Below are positions 1 to 10,410 of a DNA stretch of 64,000 nucleotides, one piece after another (the stretch's first letter is position 1; each line of letters starts with the position of its first letter). A program made the position numbers and the translations under genes. The notes below the pieces were generated by a model that searched no databases, was not told where the DNA came from, and saw only the letters and a program-made list of their open reading frames with translations. Origin of the DNA: Candidatus Micrarchaeia archaeon (lineage in GTDB: Archaea > Micrarchaeota > Micrarchaeia > CAILAH01). The DNA lies in contig JAVZCB010000002.1 in NCBI GenBank assembly GCA_038874595.1, positions 135,850 through 199,849 of the forward strand, read 5' to 3'.

Positions 1-1157
1 CCCGTCCTTGGGTCTGTTATCGTTACAGAAATCTCTGTACGGACATAGAGCTCGCTTGGTGATGCAACAGCCAACTTTACTTTTTGGAGGTCAAAATATT
101 CCTCATCCGAACGGATATATCCTCCCTTTGATGCATATGCATAATAGGTTCCTGCCTCATCAAGAGCAGAGGGGTCTGCCGTATATATTCCGTTCTCATC
201 TGTCTTTCCTGTATCAACAAGGGTGGAAAAACCTCCGTGCTCACGGTAAACACGCACCGTGGCATCTCTTACCGGGTCCCTGCTCGATACTGTAAAAACG
301 ACTGGGTCATTAATATACCCTGTTGTTGATACTGAAATGTAAAGGTTTTGCAGTCTCTCTTCGCCGCCACAGCCCGGTATTGGTACGCACACGCCCCCAT
401 CACATCTCTGGCAGTAACCACAGTCTAAATCTGTGATGCATGCAGGCGTATAAAGCTTCGCTGTCAGGTTGTTGACTTTTATGTATGTATAGTTGGTCCG
501 TGGAAACACTGCATCCGTGACCCTGTCAACAAGCGTACTATTAATAAAACCGCTGGCGTTCCATAGAGACACAATAAGATATGGCTTGTTTGTGGTTATT
601 TCACTGTTGCCCGAGTAGTATATTTTCTCAAGGTGTATTACTGTGTTAGTTGGTGTTGATTTATCAGAATACCTATACTCCCCATAAAGGAGGCCAGTAT
701 AGTTAGTAAGGTCAACAAATTGCGGGTTCTGCATCAGTGGTGATGTTGAGATGCCTATCGAGAGAATCCCCGGGTAAAATGCTTTGTAAACACTCGTGTC
801 AACATCAACTACTGTGCAGTTTGAAGCATTTACATAAGTTATATTTGCAGGTATTAACCCTATGCTTATGTTGATTGCCCCTGACCGGTAATAAATAGAA
901 ACAAACTTTCCTATGAGCTCTGTACCCTGGTCAGCGCACAGCTCAACATATACATTCGGGTTGGCAAAGGAAGTGTCAACATATGTTGCAGTCCGCGTAT
1001 CAAAGTAGAGCGTTGCGTTCGAGCCGTTGATAAACACAAGCCGGCCCGAAGTTATTGCTGCTGAAGGGGCTGATGACACAAGCAGGAATACCAGGATTGC
1101 TATAAGTATTGCCCTGCTATGCAAGGGATTTCCTGCCACTGTGTTGCGTTTATGCAT
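1..1157 (-). CDS. secreted, probably N-glycosylated surface protein; N-terminal part only (C-terminus lies beyond window start)
   Basis: Hand translation of the minus frame from ATG at 1157-1155 (MHKRNTVAGNPLHSRAILIAILVFLLVSSAPSAA...) runs without a stop to position 1. It has a signal-peptide-like hydrophobic segment, many N-x-S/T sequons and a Cys-rich CGYCQRCDGGVCVPIPGCGG stretch. It is absent from the ORF track because it has no in-window stop. Confidence 0.55.
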   Translation of the reverse strand, partial: MHKRNTVAGNPLHSRAILIAILVFLLVSSAPSAAITSGRLVFINGSNATLYFDTRTATYVDTSFANPNVYVELCADQGTELIGKFVSIYYRSGAINISIGLIPANITYVNASNCTVVDVDTSVYKAFYPGILSIGISTSPLMQNPQFVDLTNYTGLLYGEYRYSDKSTPTNTVIHLEKIYYSGNSEITTNKPYLIVSLWNASGFINSTLVDRVTDAVFPRTNYTYIKVNNLTAKLYTPACITDLDCGYCQRCDGGVCVPIPGCGGEERLQNLYISVSTTGYINDPVVFTVSSRDPVRDATVRVYREHGGFSTLVDTGKTDENGIYTADPSALDEAGTYYAYASKGGYIRSDEEYFDLQKVKLAVASPSELYVRTEISVTITDPRT

Positions 1158-1172
1158 AACTTGCACCTCAAC

Positions 1173-2891
1173 CTACCCTATCCACTTTGAGAGTGCTGCA
1201 AACACGTTGTATGCAAACTGCGCTATTTGAGAGATATATTCGTCCCGGTGCATTGGGTTTGCAGTGCCCTCCTCAGCCTGTGAAGGTATACGCGCGCTCA
1301 TATTCAGCAAAGTAAAGTTATACTGGCTTATTAATGCCGTACCGTTTGTCTGTTGCAGCTCCTCACCTGAGGTTATATTGTAAACCTTGAGGTATAGTGA
1401 ATATTCCCCTACGTAATTTGAAACCTGCAGATATGCATATTCAGGAGTATACAGTTTGTTGCCTGTTGGGATTATTGTATAATTGACAATGCCAAAGCGG
1501 GTTCTTGACTCGCCGTAGCTAACTGATTTAAGGCCCCTGTAAGGAGATGTTGTGCTATCTATGCGCTGTATAGGCGAAAACAGGCTTATGCCATTCACTT
1601 CATACATGCGCACCGTAACGTTTGCTGGCACACCATCACTGTCTGTAACGTTTATTGTGAGGTTGTACGGCCTGCCCGCATCAGGAAATGTTTTTGATTC
1701 AATACCATTTATGAATGTGCGAACCCGGTATGTCTTTACAATCGTTAGCACCGCAGAACTTTGGTTGTTTGACAAATCACAATCGGCAATTGTGGTCGGG
1801 GCGAGCCTCGCCAATATTGTATGTGGCCCTGATGAGTTAAGGCCCGTATTAAGCGTAAATGACCTGGTTGTTGATGTGTATTTTGCGAGCCCGCCCGCAA
1901 CTGTAAGCACTTGTGTGGGTATACCATCAAAATAGACGTTGACATCAAAGGGCTGGGTGATATCAACATTTCCATCATTTCTTATTGTAACCGTGACAAG
2001 GACTTGGCCGCCGGCAAACTGCGTTGACGGAGCCAAGCTTACACCAACAACCGCCGGGTCCGGGCCAATACAGAAAGACCTATCTATACCGTTTATCAAA
2101 TAGTACTTTGTGTACTTTGCAGTGTCTGGTGGGGAGACCACTCCTGTATGTAGCGAGTATGCAACACCGCGCGATACACCTGACCTGCCACCTGTACACG
2201 CCCATGCAAAAAGAGAAGGTGACGGCTCACATATGCCTAGCTGGAAGTATGGAAGGTTTACGTTGTTCGTTGCCGAACCGGTACGTGTATAACTTGTAAC
2301 CCCTGTTATTGTGAGAGTAACATTACCGGTTGCACTGTTGTATGTGCTTTCTACATCGTTTGTTGTGTATGCACCACGAAGGTGGCTCTTTGGGCCAACC
2401 GCTATGAAGGTATCTGATTCTGTGAACACCTGGTCATCTGAAACGATTGCATATATGTACGCAGGGTAAACTGCCGTGCCGCTGTAGAAATTGTACGGGC
2501 CTACCGGCTGGCCGCCAACATTGTTTATTGCACTCATACAGCACGTGCCAGAGCAGTTAGTAAGCTGGGTATGGTCTTTCCCTGTATTATCCTTTGATAT
2601 GTTTTGGAACCCGGCAACGTTACCTGTCCTGTATACAAACATTACGTACTTATTCTGTATTTCTCCAATATTGCCCGGTGCATCAACACAAACCTGTACA
2701 ACTGTGTCTGGATTACCGCCTACGGAATCAATATATGAAGTGCTCCCTATATCCCAGCTCATATTTACGGGAACGCGTTGTGCCTGATTGAAACTCACAT
2801 TCAAGATTGTTGCGCTTGTTATTGACGCGTATGAGAGCGGTAAGGCAATCAAGAGTAACAAGAGGAACTTTTTCTTTATCATAAGATGCAC
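1173..2891 (-). CDS. secreted glycoprotein with CARDB-like domain
   Basis: N-terminal signal peptide (MHLMIKKKFLLLLLIALPLSYA) and more than 15 N-x-S/T sequons. A CARDB-like segment (VLVTVTIRNDGNVDITQPFDVNVYFDG...) is present, with no TM anchor. Confidence 0.6.
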   Translation of the reverse strand: MHLMIKKKFLLLLLIALPLSYASITSATILNVSFNQAQRVPVNMSWDIGSTSYIDSVGGNPDTVVQVCVDAPGNIGEIQNKYVMFVYRTGNVAGFQNISKDNTGKDHTQLTNCSGTCCMSAINNVGGQPVGPYNFYSGTAVYPAYIYAIVSDDQVFTESDTFIAVGPKSHLRGAYTTNDVESTYNSATGNVTLTITGVTSYTRTGSATNNVNLPYFQLGICEPSPSLFAWACTGGRSGVSRGVAYSLHTGVVSPPDTAKYTKYYLINGIDRSFCIGPDPAVVGVSLAPSTQFAGGQVLVTVTIRNDGNVDITQPFDVNVYFDGIPTQVLTVAGGLAKYTSTTRSFTLNTGLNSSGPHTILARLAPTTIADCDLSNNQSSAVLTIVKTYRVRTFINGIESKTFPDAGRPYNLTINVTDSDGVPANVTVRMYEVNGISLFSPIQRIDSTTSPYRGLKSVSYGESRTRFGIVNYTIIPTGNKLYTPEYAYLQVSNYVGEYSLYLKVYNITSGEELQQTNGTALISQYNFTLLNMSARIPSQAEEGTANPMHRDEYISQIAQFAYNVFAALSKWIG

Positions 2892-2974
2892 CTTATGCTG
2901 CTGAGTATAATTGCGTATGTATTATTTAAATATATATCAGAAGAAGGAGGGAGGTAATTAACGTTAAGCAATAT

Positions 2975-4687
2975 TTACTGCACCCTAAACAGCATGTTTA
3001 TATTGTCAACAAATGTGTTTAGAATCCCCATGAATCCTGGCCTTGGCAGGTCTGGAACATTTATGTTAAGCACGCATGCGCCGTTGCTGCATCCCTGAGT
3101 GCACCTTACCCTTGTATTGGTAATTTGGTTATATGTGGTGCAGGAATACTCTATAACGTAATCCCCATCGCACTGGTCCGTCCGTGCTTGGTGGCCTCGT
3201 GTTACCGTTGACCTTTTGAAAATGCTTCCATCGCCATCCTCTTTATCCGGGTCAACACAATAAATGCCATCCCATATCTTTCCATTCCAGCATTCTTGGT
3301 AATTGCTTGCCGTGTATGTCTGGTAATTGAAGCTGTACGGGGATGTGCAGTAATACTCTGTAAGACGCTCAAAGCTGTTGCACGTGTCACTATATTTAGA
3401 ATTGCCATATAAAAGCTCACCGTATATTTTGGGGTAGTTGCCGCCATCTGTATCATAACAGTAAATGTACTGCTGGCCATCGGCATCACTCTCTCGAACA
3501 CACTTACCAAGAGAGCATACATAACCAGCTGGGCAGTGCTGGATAACATAATCCACATCGCCTTTGGATGTACAATAATAATCCCTTACACGATAGCTGT
3601 CAATGCATTCGTCCCTATAAGTAGTAAAGTAACCCGTGGGATATTGATAGATAACATCCCCACTGACATATATTTCCTGCCCAACATCTGTATCATAACA
3701 GGTCGATGAAAGGTTCACGCAAGCACCGCCATAACAATTATAACCTGCCGGACATTTTTTGGTGAACATCTGAAGGTTTGACCCTTCACAGTAATATTCT
3801 TTTATTTCGGTTGAAGAAATGCATGAATCTGTATATTCGACACCACGAACAAATGCCTTGCCCGGTGTGTAAATATCCTTGCCATCACTATCCTGGCAGC
3901 TGTTTGATTTGCATGCGCCATCATCACAAATGAAACCTGTAGGGCAAACTGTTATTTGTGAATCTATCTGCCCATCCTGCGCACAGTAAAAATCAAGCAC
4001 CTTTTGTGAATTAATGCAATAGTCTGTTTTACTTACGTTGCCGGCAGAAACTGTATCTTTCATGTATATATTATAGGGTGTGTCTGTGAGGTTTGAGGTT
4101 GTGGTACAGCCCTCAATACACATTCCATCAGAGCACACATAACCTGCCTGGCAGAAAACCACGGCCTCTTTAATCTCGTTGTTATCGCAGTAGTACTTTA
4201 CAACCCTATTATTATCAAGGCAGTGGTCTTCTTTTATTACGTCTGCTTTTGTGGTTTTTCCTTTTGAGTAAGGTGAGAGGCTGTTATCAGAATCTGTGCA
4301 TTTTGGTAAAACGCATGCACCGCTTTCACAAATATATCCTGCCGGGCACTGTTCCCGTACGGACTGTATGGCGCCGTTAGCACAGTAGTACTCAAGCACC
4401 ATTCCACCCGAGCATGAATCGGTGTATGTGTTTCCGTTAATGGTTACCGTACCTGCCTGCATAAGGTTTTTTCCGTTGTCACTTTCACTGCATACTGCAC
4501 AAGCCCCATCATATGCAACTGTTGTACCGGAAGCACTTGCTTTGCAGGCATTTCTGTATGTGATGCCGTCAGCACCGCATACCGGGGCGTACGTATCATC
4601 ACAGTTAAACTGCGTTACGCATCCGCTTATTATAATTATCGAGAAAAGCACTGATGCCAGTACGGCCCCGTGGATAAATTGGCGCAT
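2975..4687 (-). CDS. lipoprotein with N-terminal Kazal-type domain followed by about 7 tandem six-Cys modules
   Basis: Signal plus lipobox-like IISGC. Kazal signature C..PVCGADGITYRNAC..C. Repeated about 60-aa modules of the form D.D.G..Y..G..YTD.C...EYYC......CPAGY.C..G.C. Confidence 0.6.
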   Translation of the reverse strand: MRQFIHGAVLASVLFSIIIISGCVTQFNCDDTYAPVCGADGITYRNACKASASGTTVAYDGACAVCSESDNGKNLMQAGTVTINGNTYTDSCSGGMVLEYYCANGAIQSVREQCPAGYICESGACVLPKCTDSDNSLSPYSKGKTTKADVIKEDHCLDNNRVVKYYCDNNEIKEAVVFCQAGYVCSDGMCIEGCTTTSNLTDTPYNIYMKDTVSAGNVSKTDYCINSQKVLDFYCAQDGQIDSQITVCPTGFICDDGACKSNSCQDSDGKDIYTPGKAFVRGVEYTDSCISSTEIKEYYCEGSNLQMFTKKCPAGYNCYGGACVNLSSTCYDTDVGQEIYVSGDVIYQYPTGYFTTYRDECIDSYRVRDYYCTSKGDVDYVIQHCPAGYVCSLGKCVRESDADGQQYIYCYDTDGGNYPKIYGELLYGNSKYSDTCNSFERLTEYYCTSPYSFNYQTYTASNYQECWNGKIWDGIYCVDPDKEDGDGSIFKRSTVTRGHQARTDQCDGDYVIEYSCTTYNQITNTRVRCTQGCSNGACVLNINVPDLPRPGFMGILNTFVDNINMLFRVQ

Positions 4688-4717
4688 ATACCACTTTTTT
4701 AAGAAAGGAATATAAAA

Positions 4718-5599
4718 CTAGCATATGATGCGTTTTGAAAGTATGCTTAATTCATCAACTACCATGTCCGGCGTGTATGCGCTCAGCGATTTTATAAGAC
4801 CTGGTTCCTCCAGCATATCCGGGTAGATGGGGATTGCGACGCCGTCAACTGTTTTGGCATCTGACATATGAAGCGAGAATGGCGCACGCGCAAGCTTTCC
4901 TGGAGGTGTTTGGGATGGGTCTAAAATTATTGCATTCGCAACTTTTTCGTGGCCTGCCAAAACGTTTATACCTATCTCTGCGCATATTTTTTTAGCCCAT
5001 TTAGTGGCAAAAGATGATGATTGCGATTTGCCAAATGCAAAATACTTATCATAAAAAGATTTTGGTTGCGGCTTTTTTAGTAAAATATAAACATGGAATG
5101 AGCTCCCTGTGTACTGCACATATATTTTTGATTTCGTGAGTGATTGGAAATCACTATCTTCCTGTATTGCAACTACTAGAGAATATGCAACTTTTTGTGC
5201 TGTGGCTGTACTTATACCTTCCCCACGGTCTATATCAAAAAATATCCTGTCTATATAAGTACCTTTCTCACCGTTTGTTGCATAAAATAAGTCTGCAAGC
5301 TTTCTTGGTGGGAAATACCTCCATATTATTTGTTGCGTGGGTGTTAACTTATCCTTAACATCTTCTAAATGGTGCCCTTTCCGGATTTCAAGAAATTTGT
5401 CATCAACGTTCTCTGCAAGCTGTTTGACAAATAAAGGAGGTAATTTGGTACCTCGCGTAAGCAGTGGGCGCCGTGCGCCCGGAAACAGCACCTTGCCTGC
5501 AAGTTCTTTGCCAGCTAGGAAATTTTTCAGCTTTGATGAAATCGTGGAATAATAACCAACAACGTCAAGATCTCCGAATGGGTGCAGAACATCTGGCAT
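4718..5599 (-). CDS. archaeo-eukaryotic primase superfamily protein, LigD polymerase-domain (PolDom)-like primase-polymerase
   Basis: Motif I FFDIDRGEG (DxD), motif II YTGSSFHVY (SG..G.H), motif III ILDPSQ, and ARAPFSLH resembling the PolDom APYSLR motif. Confidence 0.6.
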   Translation of the reverse strand: MPDVLHPFGDLDVVGYYSTISSKLKNFLAGKELAGKVLFPGARRPLLTRGTKLPPLFVKQLAENVDDKFLEIRKGHHLEDVKDKLTPTQQIIWRYFPPRKLADLFYATNGEKGTYIDRIFFDIDRGEGISTATAQKVAYSLVVAIQEDSDFQSLTKSKIYVQYTGSSFHVYILLKKPQPKSFYDKYFAFGKSQSSSFATKWAKKICAEIGINVLAGHEKVANAIILDPSQTPPGKLARAPFSLHMSDAKTVDGVAIPIYPDMLEEPGLIKSLSAYTPDMVVDELSILSKRIIC

Positions 5600-5656
5600 A
5601 ATTCTAATATGTTCACATATTTATAAAAATTGCCGAATAGAATCAAAGGATAAGAA

Positions 5657-7396
5657 ATGAAAAGAATCTTGTTGCTGGTACTAGTTATTTGTGCGGTTGT
5701 AACAGCAAAGGATTATTCTATTGTTTCTGCAGACGAGAAAATAACTATAAAAGATAACGGCATAGTGCATATCACCGAAACAATAAACTATGATTTGTAC
5801 GATTGTAATGATAACAAATTCAAAGAGCTATACCTAACAAAACCAAGGGATTTGGAAATCAGAAATGCGCGAGGGTATTGTATTGGTGCTTTGTGCAATT
5901 TCAGGGTTGATGAGCCAGAAGTTTCTGTAAGCGGTGACAGGGAACTGATAAATGAGCTTGTTGGGGGCGGGTGCGGGAAGGTTACTGCTGTGTTTGAATA
6001 TGATGTAAAAGCAATTACAATTTACCCGGATACTTCACAGTTTTACTATAAGGTTTGGGGGGATAAGTGGGAGAAGCCTGCAAAGCTGAGTGTGAGTATT
6101 TACCTGCCCGGGAAAGCAAAGGAGACTGTATATTTTGTGCATTACGATTATTTTACATTTACACCTCCAACTAACTCCAGCAGTGGGAATATCATAAGCA
6201 TCAGTGCTGACCAACCGGCAAACCGGCTGCTTGAAATAAACCTACTGATGCCAAAAGAGTGGTTCAATGAGAACGGAGACTACTACTACAACAACAATAC
6301 GAGAAAGAAAGACATAATAAGTATTGAAGAGCGAACAATGTCAGCACTAAGTATTAAGCGCTTTGTTGATATTTTACTCCTGATTTTGTTTGTTGTATTT
6401 ATAACAATACCTTTTGCTGCTATAATCATATCATACCTGATTTTTGGAAAAGAACTTTCTGGTGAAGATGTTGGGTACAATGGATTGTACGAGTATGATC
6501 CACCTGAAAATAGGGGTGCGGCTGAAAGCATATTCTTTATAACAATGGATAAAGACTGCACTAAGAAGGATCTTGGAAATGCCCTCTCCTCAACAATGAT
6601 GGCCCTTGTAAACAAAGGTGCATTTGATATACAGGAGAGGGAAGTTAGCGGGCTCTTTGGGAAGACGAAAGAGATTGTATTTATTGTTAGAGAGCCAAAA
6701 GAAGAGTTGCTCGATTATGAAAAAATGCTGTTTGATTTTATGAAAGAGAAGGCAGTCAACGGAGAAATTAGTATGGATTCTTTTGCAAAAACAGTCGGCA
6801 AAACAAAAGAGTTTTATTTTTTCTCCCTAAAGTGGTGGAAAACAGTAATAAATCATATAGATGAAAACAAATTCGCAGATTACAAAGGATACTATATCCT
6901 TATGGCTATCATATTAATACACTTCTTTTTGTACTTTTTTGCCATAGTGCTTTTCTCATCAATAAATACTGTTATTCCCATAAATCTTTTTGCACTTATA
7001 GACTTTTTTTTGCTCATAATAGTTACTCCAAGAAAAAAAATTTGGGGAAGATGGACAAAGGAAGGAAGGATACTCAACCTCAAATGGGAAAATTTCAAGA
7101 AGTACTTATCAGATTTCAGCGCGCTTGAAGAACACCCTCCTTCAAGTGTAAAAATCTGGGACCATTATATGACGTATGCAATTGCGCTTGGAGTTGCGGA
7201 GAAAACAATAGAAGCAATGAAAAAAATAAGTCCCTTGGTGGTGCAACATTCAAGGGGCAACTATGTGTATGCAAACTATGGATTGTATACTTCTTTCAGT
7301 ACAAGTATGACCCCAAGCTACAAATCATCATCACGTGGAGGTAGAAGTGGCGGGTTTGGTGGCGGTAGGGGCGGTGGCGGCGGCGGTGCAAGATAA
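5657..7396 (+). CDS. DUF2207-like membrane protein with C-terminal Gly-rich tail
   Basis: Signal peptide, extracellular domain, internal TM helices and a terminal SRGGRSGGFGGGRGGGGGGAR tail. A TATA-like tttataaaaatt lies about 35 bp upstream. Confidence 0.5.
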   Translation: MKRILLLVLVICAVVTAKDYSIVSADEKITIKDNGIVHITETINYDLYDCNDNKFKELYLTKPRDLEIRNARGYCIGALCNFRVDEPEVSVSGDRELINELVGGGCGKVTAVFEYDVKAITIYPDTSQFYYKVWGDKWEKPAKLSVSIYLPGKAKETVYFVHYDYFTFTPPTNSSSGNIISISADQPANRLLEINLLMPKEWFNENGDYYYNNNTRKKDIISIEERTMSALSIKRFVDILLLILFVVFITIPFAAIIISYLIFGKELSGEDVGYNGLYEYDPPENRGAAESIFFITMDKDCTKKDLGNALSSTMMALVNKGAFDIQEREVSGLFGKTKEIVFIVREPKEELLDYEKMLFDFMKEKAVNGEISMDSFAKTVGKTKEFYFFSLKWWKTVINHIDENKFADYKGYYILMAIILIHFFLYFFAIVLFSSINTVIPINLFALIDFFLLIIVTPRKKIWGRWTKEGRILNLKWENFKKYLSDFSALEEHPPSSVKIWDHYMTYAIALGVAEKTIEAMKKISPLVVQHSRGNYVYANYGLYTSFSTSMTPSYKSSSRGGRSGGFGGGRGGGGGGAR

Positions 7397-7499
7397 GAGT
7401 ATGTTGGATTATTGCACAAATGCACTGCCATCGTTTTCTGCTTAACGGTGTGGATAGAATTCCCTCAATGTGCCCTCTTATACACCGCACTATAATATT

Positions 7500-9152
7500 T
7501 TATTGACATTGTAATGGTGGTTCTTTACTTCTTTCGGTGCTGTTTTGTGTATCTCTCTTTTTTATTGCCGCATCAATAAGAAACAGGAAAAGTGGTGCCG
7601 GCTTCTCAAGGCGGCTCTTAAACTCTGGGTGTGCCTGTGTACCAATACCAAGGCCGTTTGGCCATTCAACCATCTCAACAATGCCTGAATCCTTATGCCT
7701 GCCAGAGATAACAAGGCCGTGCTCTTCAAGGTCGGGCACAAACTCCGGGTTAACTTCATAACGGTGCCGGTGCCTCTCATCAACAAACTCAGAACCATAA
7801 TATGAATATGCCGTTGTGCCTGGGAAAACGTGCATTGTGTAGGAGCCAAGGCGCATTGTGCCTCCCTTCCTATCAATAAATTTCTGGTCTGGAAGCAGGT
7901 CTATAACAGGGTGTTTTGTTTCTGTGCTGAACTCTGTTGTGTGCGCATCATCCCATCCTAATACATTACGCGCATACTCAACGACCATCAGCTGCATACC
8001 AAGGCAAAGGCCAAGATAAGGGATATTGTTTGTACGTGCACAGTTGATTGCTGCAATCTTGCCTTCAATACCGCGTTTTCCAAAACCGCCAGGTACGATT
8101 ATGCCATTATACTTTGCCAGAAGTTGTGGCCCGCTCTCCTCAATTAAAGTAGATTCAACAAAATCTATAACCGGCTTTACATTGTAATGGGCGGCTGCGT
8201 GGATTATGGATTCGTAAACGGATGCATAAGCATCGCGTGTGGAAGTATATTTGCCTACAAGAGCTATGTGTACCTCTCCATTAGATGGTGATATAATGCG
8301 ATTAACAAGAGAGCTCCATGATGAGAGGTCTGGCGGGGTCTCATCCACATCTAATTTTGAGGATATTGCACGCATTATGCCCTGCTTGTTCAAAATGATA
8401 GGAAGCTCATAAATCGTACTTACAGTTGGATCATCATATACAAACTCTGGCTTGATGTTTGCAAATAAGGCAATTTTTTCTATGGCTTCCGCGCTGAGCG
8501 GCTCGTCCTCCCTGCACACAATAGCATCCGGGCGTAGGCCCAGGCTTTGTATGAGGCGGTTGGCGTGCTGTGTTGGCTTTGTCTTTGGCTCTCCCTTGGT
8601 AAGGCTCGGTACGCGCGTAAGTTGTATTGTCATAAAGTATTTTTCTTCATAGGATAACTGGCGGATTGCTTCAATGAAATATGAGTTCTCAAGGTCACCA
8701 ACCGTACCACCAACCTCTATAACAACAAAGTCGGCGTTTGTCTCGTCACCTAAACGGCGTATCCAGTCTTTAAGCTCATCTGTCAGATGAGGAATTATCT
8801 GGACATCGCGACCAAGGAAACGGCCCTCGCGCTCTTTTTGTATTAGGTGTTGGAATATCTTGCCGCCAGTTATGCTGGAAAATTTGGTCATAGGTATACC
8901 TAAAAACCTCTCGTAAGTGCCAAAGTCCATATCCACTTCAGAGCCGTCATCGAGCACAAACACCTCGCCGTGCCTGAAAGGGTTCATCGTCCCGCAGTCA
9001 ACGTTTAGGTAACCGTCAAACTTGAGCGGGACAACCTTGTAGCCTTTGAGTTGCAGAAGCTTGCAAATCGATGCGGTCAGTATTCCTTTCCCAAGGCCGG
9101 ACATGATGGAGCCGAGAATTGCGATATATCTCCTTTTGTTTGGCGCTTGCAT
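7500..9152 (-). CDS. pyrG: CTP synthase
   Basis: N-terminal synthetase motifs (ILGSIMSGLGKGI, KFDGYLNVDCGTMNP) and C-terminal class-I GATase (GLCLGMQ). 550 aa. Confidence 0.95.
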   Translation of the reverse strand: MQAPNKRRYIAILGSIMSGLGKGILTASICKLLQLKGYKVVPLKFDGYLNVDCGTMNPFRHGEVFVLDDGSEVDMDFGTYERFLGIPMTKFSSITGGKIFQHLIQKEREGRFLGRDVQIIPHLTDELKDWIRRLGDETNADFVVIEVGGTVGDLENSYFIEAIRQLSYEEKYFMTIQLTRVPSLTKGEPKTKPTQHANRLIQSLGLRPDAIVCREDEPLSAEAIEKIALFANIKPEFVYDDPTVSTIYELPIILNKQGIMRAISSKLDVDETPPDLSSWSSLVNRIISPSNGEVHIALVGKYTSTRDAYASVYESIIHAAAHYNVKPVIDFVESTLIEESGPQLLAKYNGIIVPGGFGKRGIEGKIAAINCARTNNIPYLGLCLGMQLMVVEYARNVLGWDDAHTTEFSTETKHPVIDLLPDQKFIDRKGGTMRLGSYTMHVFPGTTAYSYYGSEFVDERHRHRYEVNPEFVPDLEEHGLVISGRHKDSGIVEMVEWPNGLGIGTQAHPEFKSRLEKPAPLFLFLIDAAIKKRDTQNSTERSKEPPLQCQ

Positions 9153-9232
9153 GTGTATCAGCTATATTACGATCCAAACAATAAATATATGACTGGCCAA
9201 TAACTCAGTTTATTATAATTTGTTGAAATAAA

Positions 9233-10387
9233 ATGTGCATGCATAAGCCGATATGTATAGTAATCCTATTAATTCTCTTCTTATTTACCTCTATAACAAT
9301 CGCACTTGAGAATGCTAAAACTGAAGAGAATCAAAAAGATGGCCTAAGCGATACAATTAATATCGATTTTTATTATGGGATTGGGTGCCCACATTGCGCT
9401 GCAACTGAAAAAATATTTGAGAAGTTGAGTGCAGAGTACAAACTCAATATTACAAAGTATGAGGTATATCAAAATGCCGAAAATCGCCAGAGAATGTTCA
9501 AAGAGTATGAGAGATTCAATGTGAGTCTCAGCCAGGGCGGTGTGCCAACTTCTGTGATACGTGGGAAGGCTTTTGTTGTAGGCGAGCTTGCTGAAGAGCA
9601 GTGGAGGGAGCTACTTGATGCTGCGTGCAGTGAGGATACCTGCCCTGTTGGTGTTATAACGCAGAAGAACTTCAATATCATACACGAGAGAGATAGTACA
9701 TCTGCGTTAACCTGGCCGGTCTTGATTGGAGCGGCGCTTGTGGACTCTATCAACCCGTGCACAATTGCAATTATGGTTATCCTTATCAGTACTATTTTAT
9801 ACTCAAAAGGCAGGAAAGAGGCGCTCGTTGCAGGCATTATGTTTGCAGTGACTATTTATGTGATGTATTTCCTTTATGGGATTGGAATCATGAAAGCGGT
9901 TACAACTTTAGAAATAAGCAATTTGTTCTATGTTCTTGTTACGCTTGGCGCACTCATACTTTCAATTATGGAGCTTAATGCATATTTCAACTATAAGCCA
10001 GGGTTCTTTTCAGTGGAGATGCCCGTATGGCTAAGACCGCATGCGCACGAGGTAATTGAGAAAGCCACCACGCCTCTCGGAGTTGTTGTTGCGGCCGTGT
10101 TCTGCTCTTTGTTTTTACTACCGTGCTCATCCGGGCCATACCTTATGGTTCTCGGGATGATTGCAAAATCTGCAACGTTGCAGACTTTCACTTATCTTGC
10201 AGTTTATAACCTGTTCTTCATCCTGCCGATGATCGTGATAACTATATTGATATACTTTGGAAAAACCACAGTTGAGAAAATTGGTGAAATGAAAGAAATG
10301 TATGTAAGACAGATACACTTGGTTTCAGGTATAATACTGTTTGCTCTGTTTATCCTAATGATAAATGAGCTCCTAAAAATCGTATAG
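9233..10387 (+). CDS. thiol:disulfide interchange protein, thioredoxin domain fused to CcdA/DsbD-type membrane domain
   Basis: Signal peptide, CPHC thioredoxin motif, then multi-TM region with conserved NPC and LPCSSGP Cys motifs. Confidence 0.65.
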   Translation: MCMHKPICIVILLILFLFTSITIALENAKTEENQKDGLSDTINIDFYYGIGCPHCAATEKIFEKLSAEYKLNITKYEVYQNAENRQRMFKEYERFNVSLSQGGVPTSVIRGKAFVVGELAEEQWRELLDAACSEDTCPVGVITQKNFNIIHERDSTSALTWPVLIGAALVDSINPCTIAIMVILISTILYSKGRKEALVAGIMFAVTIYVMYFLYGIGIMKAVTTLEISNLFYVLVTLGALILSIMELNAYFNYKPGFFSVEMPVWLRPHAHEVIEKATTPLGVVVAAVFCSLFLLPCSSGPYLMVLGMIAKSATLQTFTYLAVYNLFFILPMIVITILIYFGKTTVEKIGEMKEMYVRQIHLVSGIILFALFILMINELLKIV

Positions 10388-10410
10388 TGCCACACCAAAT
10401 TAAGCTAACT

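Noticed and set aside
8-295. Track ORFs 8-295 (+) and 77-265 (-) at the window start
   Set aside because: Both lie inside and out of frame with a long uninterrupted minus-strand reading frame (1-1157). That frame has a signal peptide and glycoprotein character like its two neighbours. They look like shadow ORFs.
4600-4687. PGF-CTERM or archaeosortase signal on the Cys-rich lipoprotein (…DLPRPGFMGILNTFVDNINMLFRVQ)
   Set aside because: Residues after PGF are not a hydrophobic TM helix and there is no terminal basic cluster.
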